A DNA stretch of 64,000 nt from assembly GCA_050246755.1 (NCBI GenBank), contig JBFWVL010000001.1:640001-704000 (forward strand), written 5' to 3'. Positions 1 through 10,123 of this stretch are shown here, one piece after another. Position numbers and translations under genes: made by a program. The stretch's first letter is position 1. Each line of letters begins with the position of its first letter. The notes below the pieces were generated by a model. The model saw nothing but the letters and a program-made list of their open reading frames with translations, searched no databases and was not told the origin of the DNA. The DNA is from Bacteriovoracia bacterium (GTDB taxonomy: Bacteria > Bdellovibrionota > UBA1018 > CAIPTA01).

Positions 1-1947
1 GTGCAAAAGATATTTTCGGGACTCATCCGAGAGGGCATAGGGCTCTAAGTGCACATTGGCCGCGCCATTGAGCTCCACATTGCGGCGGCACTTTTCTCGC
101 ATGCGCGGATCCGGCTCAAAGGCCACCACGCGGCCGCCGCTTCCCACGCGCCTTGCTAGGTGGAGAGATGTCTCACCGATATTTGCGCCCACGTCGATCA
201 CGGCGTCGCCCCGTGCGGCCAAGCGATATAGCTGATTCTTAGCGCCTTCCATTTTTCCGTAGTATATGTGCCAGTCCAGAAAATCACCGAGGTCGAGTTC
301 GTAGGAAAAGCCCTCGCGGCGTACCGAGCGGCGGCATAAGTTCGGGTATTGATAATGATTGGGCGCGGCCTTCACCACCCAGTTTGGCACCCAAGGGAGC
401 GCGCAGAAACGAGCGAGCAGAGAATCCAACCCGGTGAGCAAAATTAGGGCGCGGCCGGCATTCAATATTTTCGTTTTTCGGCCCTCACCATAAGAGTATT
501 TCCTATCGGAAGCCACTCCTTCGCTTGCCCGCGCGAAGAATAGCCACACGCCCACGCTTCCACAAACCACGCAGAGCAGGGCCTGGCTCCAGCCGTACGC
601 CGGGGCCGATAAATAGAAGATCGCCGGCAGGAGCGCTAGCGCCGCGAAACAGGCCAGCAGTGGCCAAAAAAATTCCGGCAACGCTGGGCGCCGCACCACA
701 AAAATTCCCAGCGAATAGACGGCTAAAAAAATACTGAGCGCGCAGTAGGTGACCGTAACCGCCACCGCACCGAGCACCGGAAACAGCAGAAGCGGCAGGA
801 CCACGGAAAGCCCGTAAAAAAAACACCAGGCCAGAGCGTAGGGCCTAAACCGCCCAGACCCCAACAGTACTGCGAGCCCCGGTTGCGCCAGGAGAAAGAA
901 AAAATCTCCGAGCAGCTGCCAGCCTAGAAAACTTCCCGCATGCAAAAAATCGCGGCTGAAGAAAATCATCAGCACCAGAGAGGGCGCAAAAAGAATTCCC
1001 GCTTGAAATAGCACCGCCAACCCAGCAGTTACGGTAAGCGACTCCGCCCAGGCCGCATGGAGTTCTTTGGGTTCGGTGTCCTTTCCCGCTAAAGGATAAA
1101 GGCCGGCCCAAATGCCATTCATGATTAACTGAGAATAGAGGCCCGAGATCACGCACGCCGCTTGGTAGGCGCCATTCATATCGGCGCCGAAATGGGCCAG
1201 CAGCTTCATCCTAATCAGCATTCCCGCCAAATACGCGAATGTGCTGGTGGCGCTCGTGGCCACGCTGGAAGAGGCCAGCTCCCGGACTACCGCGTGCGAC
1301 CAACCGAAGGAAAGCATGTTCCGCGCAGTTTCCACTTTCAGGCACTGCCGAAATACGCAAATCGCCCAGATAAAAGTAGCGAAACCCGTGGCCCAAAAGG
1401 CCCCGGCCACTCCCCAGAAATAAATTCCCGCCGCGAAGACCACCACTTCCACCAAGGCACCCGCGGCATTCGCACGCGACCAATCGTCGTAGTGTCCGTG
1501 CGCGAAGAGAATTCCTTGGAAGTAGGCTCCGATCATTACCTGAAAAGGTACGGCTAGCAGCGCGGCGATCACCAAGCGCGGCTCCGATTCACCAAAAATT
1601 TGGAACCCTAGCCAGTGCCGGAAAGCAATTACCACGACGGCCAATAGGAGATTGGCGCCACAAAGCAAAGTAAAAGAAGTGGCCAATACTTCCTTCCTTC
1701 TCGATGAGCCTAAGGCGAGGCCATAGCTTCGGATGAAACCGGCGCTGATGGACAAAGATCCCCAGGTGAGCCCGAGCAGCTGCAACTGGCCGCCTATACC
1801 GATAAGCCCTACGCCCGAGGCGCCCAAAAAAAGAGCGGCCATTTTTGTTTTGGCAAAACCAGAAAAAATCCTCGCCACCGTCCCGAATCCCATTACGAGA
1901 TTGGCGCGCAGCGAAGGGAACGATCCTAAGAGTTTACGAAAATTCAT
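1..1947 (-). CDS. Wzx-type (WzxE-like) polysaccharide flippase fused in frame to a C-terminal FkbM-family methyltransferase; 3' end lies outside the window
   Basis: Manual translation from ATG at 1947 (ATGA overlap with the upstream GT stop) finds no stop to the window edge. First ~477 codons are polytopic with WzxE-like motifs (KTKMAALFLGASGVGLIG, GADMNGAYQA, FSRDF...WQLLGDFF). It then continues into VIDVGANIG...VVAFEPD (FkbM). Confidence 0.85.
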   Translation of the reverse strand, partial: MNFRKLLGSFPSLRANLVMGFGTVARIFSGFAKTKMAALFLGASGVGLIGIGGQLQLLGLTWGSLSISAGFIRSYGLALGSSRRKEVLATSFTLLCGANLLLAVVVIAFRHWLGFQIFGESEPRLVIAALLAVPFQVMIGAYFQGILFAHGHYDDWSRANAAGALVEVVVFAAGIYFWGVAGAFWATGFATFIWAICVFRQCLKVETARNMLSFGWSHAVVRELASSSVATSATSTFAYLAGMLIRMKLLAHFGADMNGAYQAACVISGLYSQLIMNGIWAGLYPLAGKDTEPKELHAAWAESLTVTAGLAVLFQAGILFAPSLVLMIFFSRDFLHAGSFLGWQLLGDFFFLLAQPGLAVLLGSGRFRPYALAWCFFYGLSVVLPLLLFPVLGAVAVTVTYCALSIFLAVYSLGIFVVRRPALPEFFWPLLACFAALALLPAIFYLSAPAYGWSQALLCVVCGSVGVWLFFARASEGVASDRKYSYGEGRKTKILNAGRALILLTGLDSLLARFCALPWVPNWVVKAAPNHYQYPNLCRRSVRREGFSYELDLGDFLDWHIYYGKMEGAKNQLYRLAARGDAVIDVGANIGETSLHLARRVGSGGRVVAFEPDPRMREKCRRNVELNGAANVHLEPYALSDESRKYLLH

Positions 1948-3059
1948 CGGTAGAGCTCCCGCAATCCGTCCACCATTTTTTCCATGGAAAAAAGACTACG
2001 TGCCTCAACCGCGCCGGCAGCGGCTAAGCGCCTGGCCTCTTCTGGACTCCGCAGCAAGCGTAGTATCCCCGCCCCGATGGCCGCGGCATCGCGAAATGGA
2101 ACGGTGAGCGTATTTTCCCGGTCGCGCAGAACCTCCGGCGCCACTCCCGAAAGCGTGGTCACCGAGGGTACCGAGCTGAGCAGAGCTTCGATGTATACCT
2201 GCCCGAATGCTTCGCTCACGCGATCGACCGGCACGTGCACGAAAACATCAAAGCTTCGCATCAGGGCCGGAGAGTCGCTTTCGAAGGCGATTTCACGGTA
2301 AGCATACGGCGGTAATTTCCGCAATGCGTGCTGGATCTCCGCGCGCCCAGCCCCCTGGCCGGCATTCGCCAGAACTAGGCAAGCTTCGGGGAATTCCCGC
2401 AATACTTCCGCAAAAGCCTCGATCACGTAGGGCACGCCTTTAATGGGAACATAGCGGGAGATCACCCCCACCACCGGGGCCTTCGCGGCGTAGCCATATT
2501 TATTTTTTACGGCCGAAATGCGCGCGGCGCTTACGCCGGCGAACTCGCTCGGCTCGAATCCTAAGTGCACAACCTTGATTTTCTGCTTCTCTACTTTTTC
2601 TTTCTGGATCAAATACTCTTCCACATTGCGGCACGTAGCCACGATCTTGGTGGAAAGGCCGTTGGCCAAAAAATCATATCCTTTGGCGTACCATGGTCCT
2701 AGCTCATGCGGATTGGAATGATGGCGGGTATAGATCCGGTTCGGCACCCGCATTACCCATGCAGCAACTAAACCCGCCAGATTCGCCGCCAGCAAATGCG
2801 TATGCACGGTGCCCGGCCGAAGCTGCCGAAATATTTTCAGCAGCGAAAAAAAAGCGGAAAAAATATCGGCACGTCCGGCATAGGGAACTATCCGCACTTC
2901 CGCCCCTAGGCCGCGCAGCTGCTCTTCGAGCTTGCCAGGACCGGAATTCATCAGCACGAACACGATTCGCCAGCTTTCCCCTGTGGCCTTGGCCGCCAGC
3001 CAGGCGAATCCCGGCGCGTCTTGCACTTCCGAAATAACGTAGACCACCGTAGTACTCAC
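1944..3059 (-). CDS. GT4-family glycosyltransferase
   Basis: GT-B motifs VHTH, SRYVPIKG, EAFGQVYIEA. Confidence 0.9.
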   Translation of the reverse strand: MSTTVVYVISEVQDAPGFAWLAAKATGESWRIVFVLMNSGPGKLEEQLRGLGAEVRIVPYAGRADIFSAFFSLLKIFRQLRPGTVHTHLLAANLAGLVAAWVMRVPNRIYTRHHSNPHELGPWYAKGYDFLANGLSTKIVATCRNVEEYLIQKEKVEKQKIKVVHLGFEPSEFAGVSAARISAVKNKYGYAAKAPVVGVISRYVPIKGVPYVIEAFAEVLREFPEACLVLANAGQGAGRAEIQHALRKLPPYAYREIAFESDSPALMRSFDVFVHVPVDRVSEAFGQVYIEALLSSVPSVTTLSGVAPEVLRDRENTLTVPFRDAAAIGAGILRLLRSPEEARRLAAAGAVEARSLFSMEKMVDGLRELYR

Positions 3060-4168
3060 GGCCGCTCCTCCATCCGGAATACGCGCTCGAACACGGAAAG
3101 ATAAATAGGCTGGTTCGCCTGCACCGAATAAAGCTGTTCCACCCGGCTCCTGGCTTCCTCCCCCAGGCGCTTCCGCAGGGGCGCGTTGCGCAGCAGTTCC
3201 CTAAGTGTCGCGAGCCATTCTTCCTCGGTCTTTACTAGAAAACCCGAGCGTCCGTTTTCGATCACCCGGAAATTGGCGCCGATCGCGGTAGCGACCGTGG
3301 GAATTCCGAGGGCCATGTATTGCAGAGCCTTGAGACCACTCTTTCCCAATACCCATTCTTCCTCGGGTAACGGATAGACTCCGATATCGATTTCCTGAAG
3401 CTCGCTCACCTCGGACGCTTCCGTCCACTTCCGGCACTTCACCTCTACTCCGGGAATCACGAACTCCTCGGTGCCGATCACCTTAACTACGAATCGGTCG
3501 GTCAAGGCCAGCTTCTGAAAAACTCCCTCGAGCAGCTTAAGGTAGGGAACCGTACTGTGGCTCCCGCTCCAGCCGATCACCAAGGGGTGATCGTTCAGAT
3601 AGCGATTCACCGGACGATAGGCGTCGGTGCGGATGGTAGACGAAATATCCGTGGTGCGATCGTTGAACATCCGCACGTGGGCATCTAGGTAAGGGGTGCA
3701 GGTGATCACGTGATCAGCTTTTTCCATTAAGAAGGAATATTTGCGGGGATTTTTCCAGCGCGCGGCCACTCTATTCACCTGCGAGCTCGGGCCGAGGTAT
3801 ACTAGATCGTCGATATCATAGATCAAGCGCCGGGAAAGGCGGCGGAAAAGGCTTTCGAGCCCGGCGCCGCCAAACGGAGCGGCGTGCAGAAAAATATAAG
3901 TTCCGTCGAAAAATGGCGTGCGGAAAAGGTCAAAAATGCGGCGAAGGTAACCGCCGAGCACGCCAGCGGCCTTACGCACATAGTTCCCGCGCTGGTAGAG
4001 AATCTTCCAGGTGCCCTGCGAAAAAAATGGGGATACGGTGATCGAATATCCTTGTGCCCGCAGAAAATCGAAGTACTGCTCGTATTTCAGCCGCTGCCCC
4101 GGGGCTACGCCTTCGGGGTAAGGACAAAGCAATAGAATTTGTTTTTTCTTTCGCTTCAGGGAAAGCAA
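3056..4168 (-). CDS. GT4-family glycosyltransferase
   Basis: YDIDD, IGWSGS, DIGVYPL...GKSGLKALQYMALGIP motifs; start uncertain. Confidence 0.9.
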   Translation of the reverse strand: MLSLKRKKKQILLLCPYPEGVAPGQRLKYEQYFDFLRAQGYSITVSPFFSQGTWKILYQRGNYVRKAAGVLGGYLRRIFDLFRTPFFDGTYIFLHAAPFGGAGLESLFRRLSRRLIYDIDDLVYLGPSSQVNRVAARWKNPRKYSFLMEKADHVITCTPYLDAHVRMFNDRTTDISSTIRTDAYRPVNRYLNDHPLVIGWSGSHSTVPYLKLLEGVFQKLALTDRFVVKVIGTEEFVIPGVEVKCRKWTEASEVSELQEIDIGVYPLPEEEWVLGKSGLKALQYMALGIPTVATAIGANFRVIENGRSGFLVKTEEEWLATLRELLRNAPLRKRLGEEARSRVEQLYSVQANQPIYLSVFERVFRMEERP

Positions 4169-5877
4169 GCAAGGACCTCGGCTTTCAGTAAATTGGCATC
4201 GGGCAAAAATAGGTGCAACGGATCAAAAAGAAGAGGCTGGACTGTACCGCCACGCCCAAGCACGTTCCAAATCTCATCGTCCGTGAGGCCGACCTCTCGC
4301 GCCACGAAGCGCATTGCGGCCAGCAGGCTTTCGTGGCTTCCCTTCTCGTAAAGCGCCCTATGTTTCAGCGGCACCACCGCGCCGTTTTTTACGGTATAGT
4401 CGAAACCTTCTTGCTGGTTGAAACCAATTGCGCCCGATAAACGGAGCGCGCCGGCCGCTTTTCGGGCCGCGCCTTTCCAGGAAGGCGGCAATCGGCGTAA
4501 GCGGTTTAATCGGTAGGGCCGATCCTTGCTCCATAGCGCGTAAGTAACGGAAAGCGCCGAAGGATAGAAAACCAGATGCGGCACCTGCGAATCCACGAAC
4601 TCGATTTTCCCTAACTCGTTCGTATAGATCTGGCTGATCTTCAGCCCCCGCTCCTCCCGATCAAAAAGAATCGACTCGTACCCCGGGCCATAAGCCGCCA
4701 GCGAGGTGAGCAGCAGGTTTCCATGGTGGTGGATGCTTTGATGAGAAATATCGGTGCGCCCATCGGGCCGGGGGATCCAAATATTCGCCACCAAGGTGAA
4801 AGCCGGATCCTCGATCATCGGAATCGCCACCACTGGGTTGATGCGTTCGCCCCGGCGAAATTCCGCCGAAAGCACGAACTTTTTCAGCAAGCCGCGTAAT
4901 ACGCTGGCGTCCGCGCCGAGCTGGGCTAATACCGGCCTCGCCAACACGTGCGCCCGTCGGTAGTCGGGTCCAGAAAATATTTTCCGCAGAGCGCTTCGTG
5001 CTTCATCTAATTTTTTTTCTAGGTCCGACCCGGCGGACCCGGAAAAAATCCGGGAGGTAAATTCGCCCAAGCGGTTCTCGTGGATCAAAATATAATTCCC
5101 GTCCCGGTAATCCGCGCCTCGCTGCTCCACCAAAAGTTTTTTGTCGGTATCGTAGGAGAAAGTACGGTAGCCCAGATCCGCGATCAGCCCGTGCAGGCTC
5201 TCGGGCGTGATTTTAAATCCCGCAAGAAAAAGCGGGCATATCTCCATCAGCACCACCGGCTGATCCCTGCCCAGCAAAGCTGCCATGCCCTTCAGCGCAA
5301 AATACTCGGCCCCTTCAATATCAATCTTTATGAAGGCCACGCGTGCGATCCGCTCACGCCATTCCGCGCTGTCCAGCGCCGCCACCTGACACCTCACCTT
5401 CACGCTTTTTTTGAAGCTGTAGTGAGAATCCATGCCCGAGTTATCGCGGCCGGAAATATGCGCCTGTCCCGCGCTCGGAGTGCCTACGTCTTGGAGGGGC
5501 AGCTCGAATTCCACGATTCCATTTCGCTCGCCTACTCCCACAGAGTGTAGCTCCACGTTCTTCAGCCGGAGCTTGTGCACGATCGCCGCCAAATCGGCGG
5601 CGGTGCTAGGAATCGGCTCAAAGGCATGCACTTTACCGGAACCACAAAGGGCCGATAAACGGCTGGTGTAGTATCCGAAATTTGCGCCGATATCGAGCAC
5701 GTGATCTCCGCTGCGCACGAACCATGGCAAAATCGCCATCTCGGGCTCTTCCACTAGGCGGTACCTGATATCTCGTAGCTTGGCACGCCGGTGAAACCAA
5801 CTGTAGCCGCGGCCGCCGAGCATTTTTTTTATGACCGGTTTCAGTACCCGGCGCGTAACAGAATTTACCGAGGCCAT
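4156..5877 (-). CDS. FkbM-family methyltransferase with an extra ~290-aa C-terminal cupin-like domain
   Basis: N-half has VLDIGANFG, FEP and IKIDIEGAE. C-half has ANIW...HQSIHHHG...PHLV. Confidence 0.85.
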   Translation of the reverse strand: MASVNSVTRRVLKPVIKKMLGGRGYSWFHRRAKLRDIRYRLVEEPEMAILPWFVRSGDHVLDIGANFGYYTSRLSALCGSGKVHAFEPIPSTAADLAAIVHKLRLKNVELHSVGVGERNGIVEFELPLQDVGTPSAGQAHISGRDNSGMDSHYSFKKSVKVRCQVAALDSAEWRERIARVAFIKIDIEGAEYFALKGMAALLGRDQPVVLMEICPLFLAGFKITPESLHGLIADLGYRTFSYDTDKKLLVEQRGADYRDGNYILIHENRLGEFTSRIFSGSAGSDLEKKLDEARSALRKIFSGPDYRRAHVLARPVLAQLGADASVLRGLLKKFVLSAEFRRGERINPVVAIPMIEDPAFTLVANIWIPRPDGRTDISHQSIHHHGNLLLTSLAAYGPGYESILFDREERGLKISQIYTNELGKIEFVDSQVPHLVFYPSALSVTYALWSKDRPYRLNRLRRLPPSWKGAARKAAGALRLSGAIGFNQQEGFDYTVKNGAVVPLKHRALYEKGSHESLLAAMRFVAREVGLTDDEIWNVLGRGGTVQPLLFDPLHLFLPDANLLKAEVLACFP

Positions 5878-7115
5878 CGGCTTTCCCCTTTCTGGCCCTT
5901 ACCGGGCGATAAAAAATCGTAGATTTCCGCATAGCCGGCCAAGGCGCGGCCCAGCGAGAATTCCTTTTCGGCCACCGCCCGTATCGCCGCACCGTCGATG
6001 GCTAGCAAATCCGGGATTCTTTCTGCGGCACGCTGAAGTTCCGAAGCGGAAAAATCTTTCACTAGGTGGCCTAAATCGTGATCAGCAAAAATGCGAGATT
6101 GGTCGCCGATTCCGTGATTCGCGATCACCGGAACTCCGGCCGCCATGAATTCCCCTAGCTTGGTGGCCGAAGAAGATATTTTCGAATAGCAGGGACGAAT
6201 AAAAAATATTCCCACATCCACCATCGATAGCAGCCCGGGCACCTCCCGTCGGTCGGCCGCCACCACGACGATAGCGGAGGCCGCTACTTCGCACTTGGCC
6301 GCGGCCGCCAGGATCAGCTTGGGAGCATCCGGGGTAATAAGGAGAAATTTCGCCGTCGGAGTCCGAGCTTGAATTTTCTGGAAGAGGCTCATCATTTCTT
6401 CAATGCAATACCAGGTGCCCACGGAACCCAAGTACCCGCAAACTAAACCACTATCCTTCAATGCAACCTTTACCTGCGGCGCGCCGGAAGAATTTTCCGT
6501 TTTTGCAAACAACCCGATCTCCACGCAACAGGGAATCACCCAGAGGCGCTCTTCGAGACGGGATTCCCTAATTCCCCTCCAAGAAAGCATTTCTTCGCGC
6601 GCGGCCTCGGTGAGACAAACGACGGCGTCGGCCCGCAGGAGAAGATTTCTCTCTAGCCGCTTAAAGAGCCGAAAAATAAATCGGTAGGCGGGTTTCCGCA
6701 TATTCCAGAGGCCCCCGTCTACGCGCTCGTCCGCCCAAAATCCGCGCATATCGAAAATCAACTTGGTGCGGCTGATTCGCTTCAAGGCCAGCCCTACCAC
6801 GGCCGGCACATAGCTACGCACGTGCACGGCCTCAAAACTCCCGGCCCGCCATGCGCAAAAGGCCATCCGCCAGATATCCCATACGGTGGAGAGAACCGGC
6901 GGGCGCTTATGATACCAGAGACGCTGCCAAGCGATTCCCTTCGAGGCGAGCTCCGCGTTCACCGCTGCTCCTCGCTTCGAAAAATTTTCCCGCTTTTCGC
7001 AGCTCAATACGGTAATGCGATGCCCGGCCGCAGCCAACCCGTAGATATAGGGAAGAATCTGGGAAGCCCCTAGGTTATCCGTTAACCCATCGTAGGTAAT
7101 ATATAGGCATTTCAT
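5865..7115 (-). CDS. GT4-family glycosyltransferase
   Basis: HVRSY, FDMRGFWADE, SSATKLGEFMAAGVP. Confidence 0.9.
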   Translation of the reverse strand: MKCLYITYDGLTDNLGASQILPYIYGLAAAGHRITVLSCEKRENFSKRGAAVNAELASKGIAWQRLWYHKRPPVLSTVWDIWRMAFCAWRAGSFEAVHVRSYVPAVVGLALKRISRTKLIFDMRGFWADERVDGGLWNMRKPAYRFIFRLFKRLERNLLLRADAVVCLTEAAREEMLSWRGIRESRLEERLWVIPCCVEIGLFAKTENSSGAPQVKVALKDSGLVCGYLGSVGTWYCIEEMMSLFQKIQARTPTAKFLLITPDAPKLILAAAAKCEVAASAIVVVAADRREVPGLLSMVDVGIFFIRPCYSKISSSATKLGEFMAAGVPVIANHGIGDQSRIFADHDLGHLVKDFSASELQRAAERIPDLLAIDGAAIRAVAEKEFSLGRALAGYAEIYDFLSPGKGQKGESRWPR

Positions 7116-7948
7116 CGCGCTGTTTTTCTTGCGGTAAGCGTCCAGTGAGGCTGGGCGTCGGAAAATCTAACGTCTTCAAAGCCGGCGGCCTTCATCATGC
7201 GGATGATTTGTTGCCGGGAAAATCGCTGCTCGAGCTTCGTGCCGAAGCGATCAAGCGCGTCGGTACGCATTACGTAAAAAGATTTATCGCCGTAGTAGCG
7301 CAATGGCCAATGCGGGATGGCGCCGCCTTTTATTCTTTCCGCCAAGGCACCGCCGCGGGCCATAGGCCAGTAGACCACCGCCGCTAAAAACTCGCAGGCG
7401 GCGAATCTCGATCGGCGCGGCAGGCGGCAAATAAGCCGTCGCAAAAGATCCGTGATGCGCCAAACAGCGCGGAAATACCAAGGGCGATTTTCAAAGTTAT
7501 AATAAAGGTAAAGCAGTACCGGTGCCCGGTCGCGCATTTTCCTCGCTAGCTCTACGAGCGCCGCCTGGGTATCAGGAACGTGATGCAGAACTCCCAGCGA
7601 ATACGCAAAATCTAGCGACTCATCGGCAAGGGGCAGGCGCCCGGCATCTCCCTGAATAATTTGCACATTAGAATGCGCCCGCAAATTTCTCTCCGCTACT
7701 TGGAGGGCGCCGGCGCTCGCATCGATCGCCCACAGCGCGCCCACCTTCGGCGCCACGCAGGCCGCCCAGCGCCCGGATCCGCAGCCAATATCTGCCCCAA
7801 TGGCTTCCTTATGCAGTACTTCGCTTGGCAGCAGAGAGAAATAGTCATGGAAAATCGCGCACCGTTCTTCCGGAACTAAATGCGATTGATTGAACCTAAT
7901 CCACTCTTCCCCAAAGCCTTGTACGGTGCGTTCGTCGATATTGCTCAT
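7112..7948 (-). CDS. Class I SAM-dependent methyltransferase (polysaccharide-locus type)
   Basis: DIGCGSGRW SAM motif; DFAYSLGVLHH. Confidence 0.9.
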   Translation of the reverse strand: MSNIDERTVQGFGEEWIRFNQSHLVPEERCAIFHDYFSLLPSEVLHKEAIGADIGCGSGRWAACVAPKVGALWAIDASAGALQVAERNLRAHSNVQIIQGDAGRLPLADESLDFAYSLGVLHHVPDTQAALVELARKMRDRAPVLLYLYYNFENRPWYFRAVWRITDLLRRLICRLPRRSRFAACEFLAAVVYWPMARGGALAERIKGGAIPHWPLRYYGDKSFYVMRTDALDRFGTKLEQRFSRQQIIRMMKAAGFEDVRFSDAQPHWTLTARKTAR

Positions 7949-10059
7949 ACTGTTCGCACCGCTTCCCGGCTTTCCGGACTAATTTTTACCAGTGCAGGAT
8001 AGCCGTGGCGTCCGTAACCGCCGTAGCCGTAGTGCTGGCTGGGCGGAACTTTATTCAATACGGCATAGAGCTCGCGGCCGTGCGCAGTCCACAGACCTTC
8101 CACCGAATCGTGCAGTACGCGCAGCCGGGTTTCGTTCAGCGCCACGATCACGATCGGGATCTCCGCGGCTTTGGCGATCAGGCTTGAATCCCCCGAAACT
8201 CCGATTGGCGCCGAATCGATCACGATAAAATCGTAGAGCGCGCGGAAATCGTCGAGTAGCTGACTGAAGTCGCGCGAGGCCAAAATGGCGGTCGGATTAG
8301 ATCGGCGGAGGCCCGCCGGTAAAAAATCCAGGCCTTCGGCGACTTTAGCGATACGGGCATTACCGAAATTTTCCCGGTGTCCCACCACTTCGCATAAGCC
8401 TTCTTTGCCTAGCGCATTCTGGTTCTGGCTCAGGGCCGGTGCCCGCAAGTCGGCATCCACCAATAGCACCCGGTTTTCGCAGCTGGCTAGGGCACGGGCG
8501 ATCCGCTCGGAGGTAAACGTCTTGCCTTCGCTCGGTTCAGAGCTGGTTACCGCCACTACCTGGCCGCGACCAGCCCCGGTTCGATCGCGGATTTCCATGA
8601 TACGCGCCGAAATCTGCATGGCCGAAGAATTGATCTTCTGCGCCATCGCCAGCGAAATGGGCCGACGGAGCTGACTCTCCCGCCGCGAGAAAAACCTCCA
8701 GAAACCTCCTTTAACGTGGCCGTAAGGCAAACTGCCAAGCAGCGAAAGGCCTGCTTCCTCGATATCGATCTTAGACGCCGCCAAGGGATTCACCGTCTCC
8801 ACCGCGAAAGCCACGAAACTCGAGAGAATCATGGCCACCACAAAGCTCACCAGCAACTTGGAAGGCAGGCTCTCGCTCGGCTGCACTACTTCGGGACGTG
8901 AAGGCTCGAGAAGATGAAATTTGCTCCGCGCCGAGATCCGGCGCATTTCCATCTGAAAATCGTGCTTCTTTAATTCTTGGTGGAGCGAGGTTTCCAGCTC
9001 TAAGTTCTTTTTTAGCTCCATGAGCTGCTGCTCGGCGTGTTCATCGAAATTCGTCTGTAAGGATCTTAGCTGCCGCTGCAAGCTGGCGTTGCGCGCGCGC
9101 AGGGATTCATCGAACTTACGGAGCGAAGCGAGCTTACGGCGGACGCCGAACTTATAGTCAAAAGGCTCTGCACTGGAGGCGGGGCCCGCCTCGCCGATCC
9201 TATCGATCTCGTTTTTATTTTGGTCGATCTGTAACTGATTTTCCGCGAGGGCCCGTTTCAGCTCTACGGAGCGGATGGTGGCCTCATCGAAGTTTTGGCT
9301 CATCGTGAGCAAGCTCTTTCCTCTTTTGAAATCGGCGATGGCCTGCTCGGTCTTGCGGATAGCTTCCTGAGACTTATTCGCTTGAATCCGGAGATAGACT
9401 TCGGAGTCTTGCAGATCCTGCACCTCGAATTCGATCAGGGCATTCACCGCGGACCGGGCTAAAAGGTTCGTCAGCCGCGACACGATCTCGGCGGAACTCG
9501 ACTGCACGTGAATTGAGAACGCATCGATACCGTCTTTTGAAAATGCGATCATGCTCTGCAGACTTTCCGCCAGCCGATCCACCGGAATATCCTTCACCAC
9601 CCGGCCGAGGTCCGTCTCCGCGTGAGATTGCGAAAAAAAGCTCACCCGCTTCGACGGACCGAAATCCCCGAAGGGCAGCACGCTGAGCTCGGGATCGGCT
9701 TGCACGTCGCGCGCCGCCCGCTCGTAGAAAGCGTGGATCCGTAGCTGGTTGAGGTAACGGTCTACTTCGCGTCCGTCCACGTCGAATCCGGAAAATCCGC
9801 CGAGCCGGGCGGAGAGAGACTGGAGGGGATTATTGATGGCGGCCTGGAGCATCAGCGTTGCTTTGGTGCGATACGAAGGGCTGAGAAAATGCAGTACCGT
9901 GGAAGTACCGGCACAAAAGAAAATCACGACCAAGTAAAGACGAAGATGCCGGCTCACTAGCTGAAGAACTTTTTCGACCGGATTCTGAGCGAGCGAAGAC
10001 GCCGACGATTTTGCCGTCCCGATCGTTCTTCCTGAATGATCCTGGCGCCGATTACTCAC
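7945..10059 (-). CDS. wzc: Wzc-type polysaccharide co-polymerase / BY tyrosine kinase
   Basis: Two TM helices flanking a coiled coil; Walker A SSEPSEGKT, VDADLR, IDSAP; Tyr-rich tail HYGYGGYG. Confidence 0.9.
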   Translation of the reverse strand: MSNRRQDHSGRTIGTAKSSASSLAQNPVEKVLQLVSRHLRLYLVVIFFCAGTSTVLHFLSPSYRTKATLMLQAAINNPLQSLSARLGGFSGFDVDGREVDRYLNQLRIHAFYERAARDVQADPELSVLPFGDFGPSKRVSFFSQSHAETDLGRVVKDIPVDRLAESLQSMIAFSKDGIDAFSIHVQSSSAEIVSRLTNLLARSAVNALIEFEVQDLQDSEVYLRIQANKSQEAIRKTEQAIADFKRGKSLLTMSQNFDEATIRSVELKRALAENQLQIDQNKNEIDRIGEAGPASSAEPFDYKFGVRRKLASLRKFDESLRARNASLQRQLRSLQTNFDEHAEQQLMELKKNLELETSLHQELKKHDFQMEMRRISARSKFHLLEPSRPEVVQPSESLPSKLLVSFVVAMILSSFVAFAVETVNPLAASKIDIEEAGLSLLGSLPYGHVKGGFWRFFSRRESQLRRPISLAMAQKINSSAMQISARIMEIRDRTGAGRGQVVAVTSSEPSEGKTFTSERIARALASCENRVLLVDADLRAPALSQNQNALGKEGLCEVVGHRENFGNARIAKVAEGLDFLPAGLRRSNPTAILASRDFSQLLDDFRALYDFIVIDSAPIGVSGDSSLIAKAAEIPIVIVALNETRLRVLHDSVEGLWTAHGRELYAVLNKVPPSQHYGYGGYGRHGYPALVKISPESREAVRTV

Positions 10060-10123
10060 GGGTTGATTCTACTCCTTGAATCAATTTGCTAGCCCATATT
10101 CCAATAGGATAAATTGAATAGAA

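Noticed and set aside
503-1557. Short ORFs suggesting a fragmented pseudogene
   Set aside because: They are alternative-frame shadows; the true frame from 1947 is uninterrupted to the window edge.
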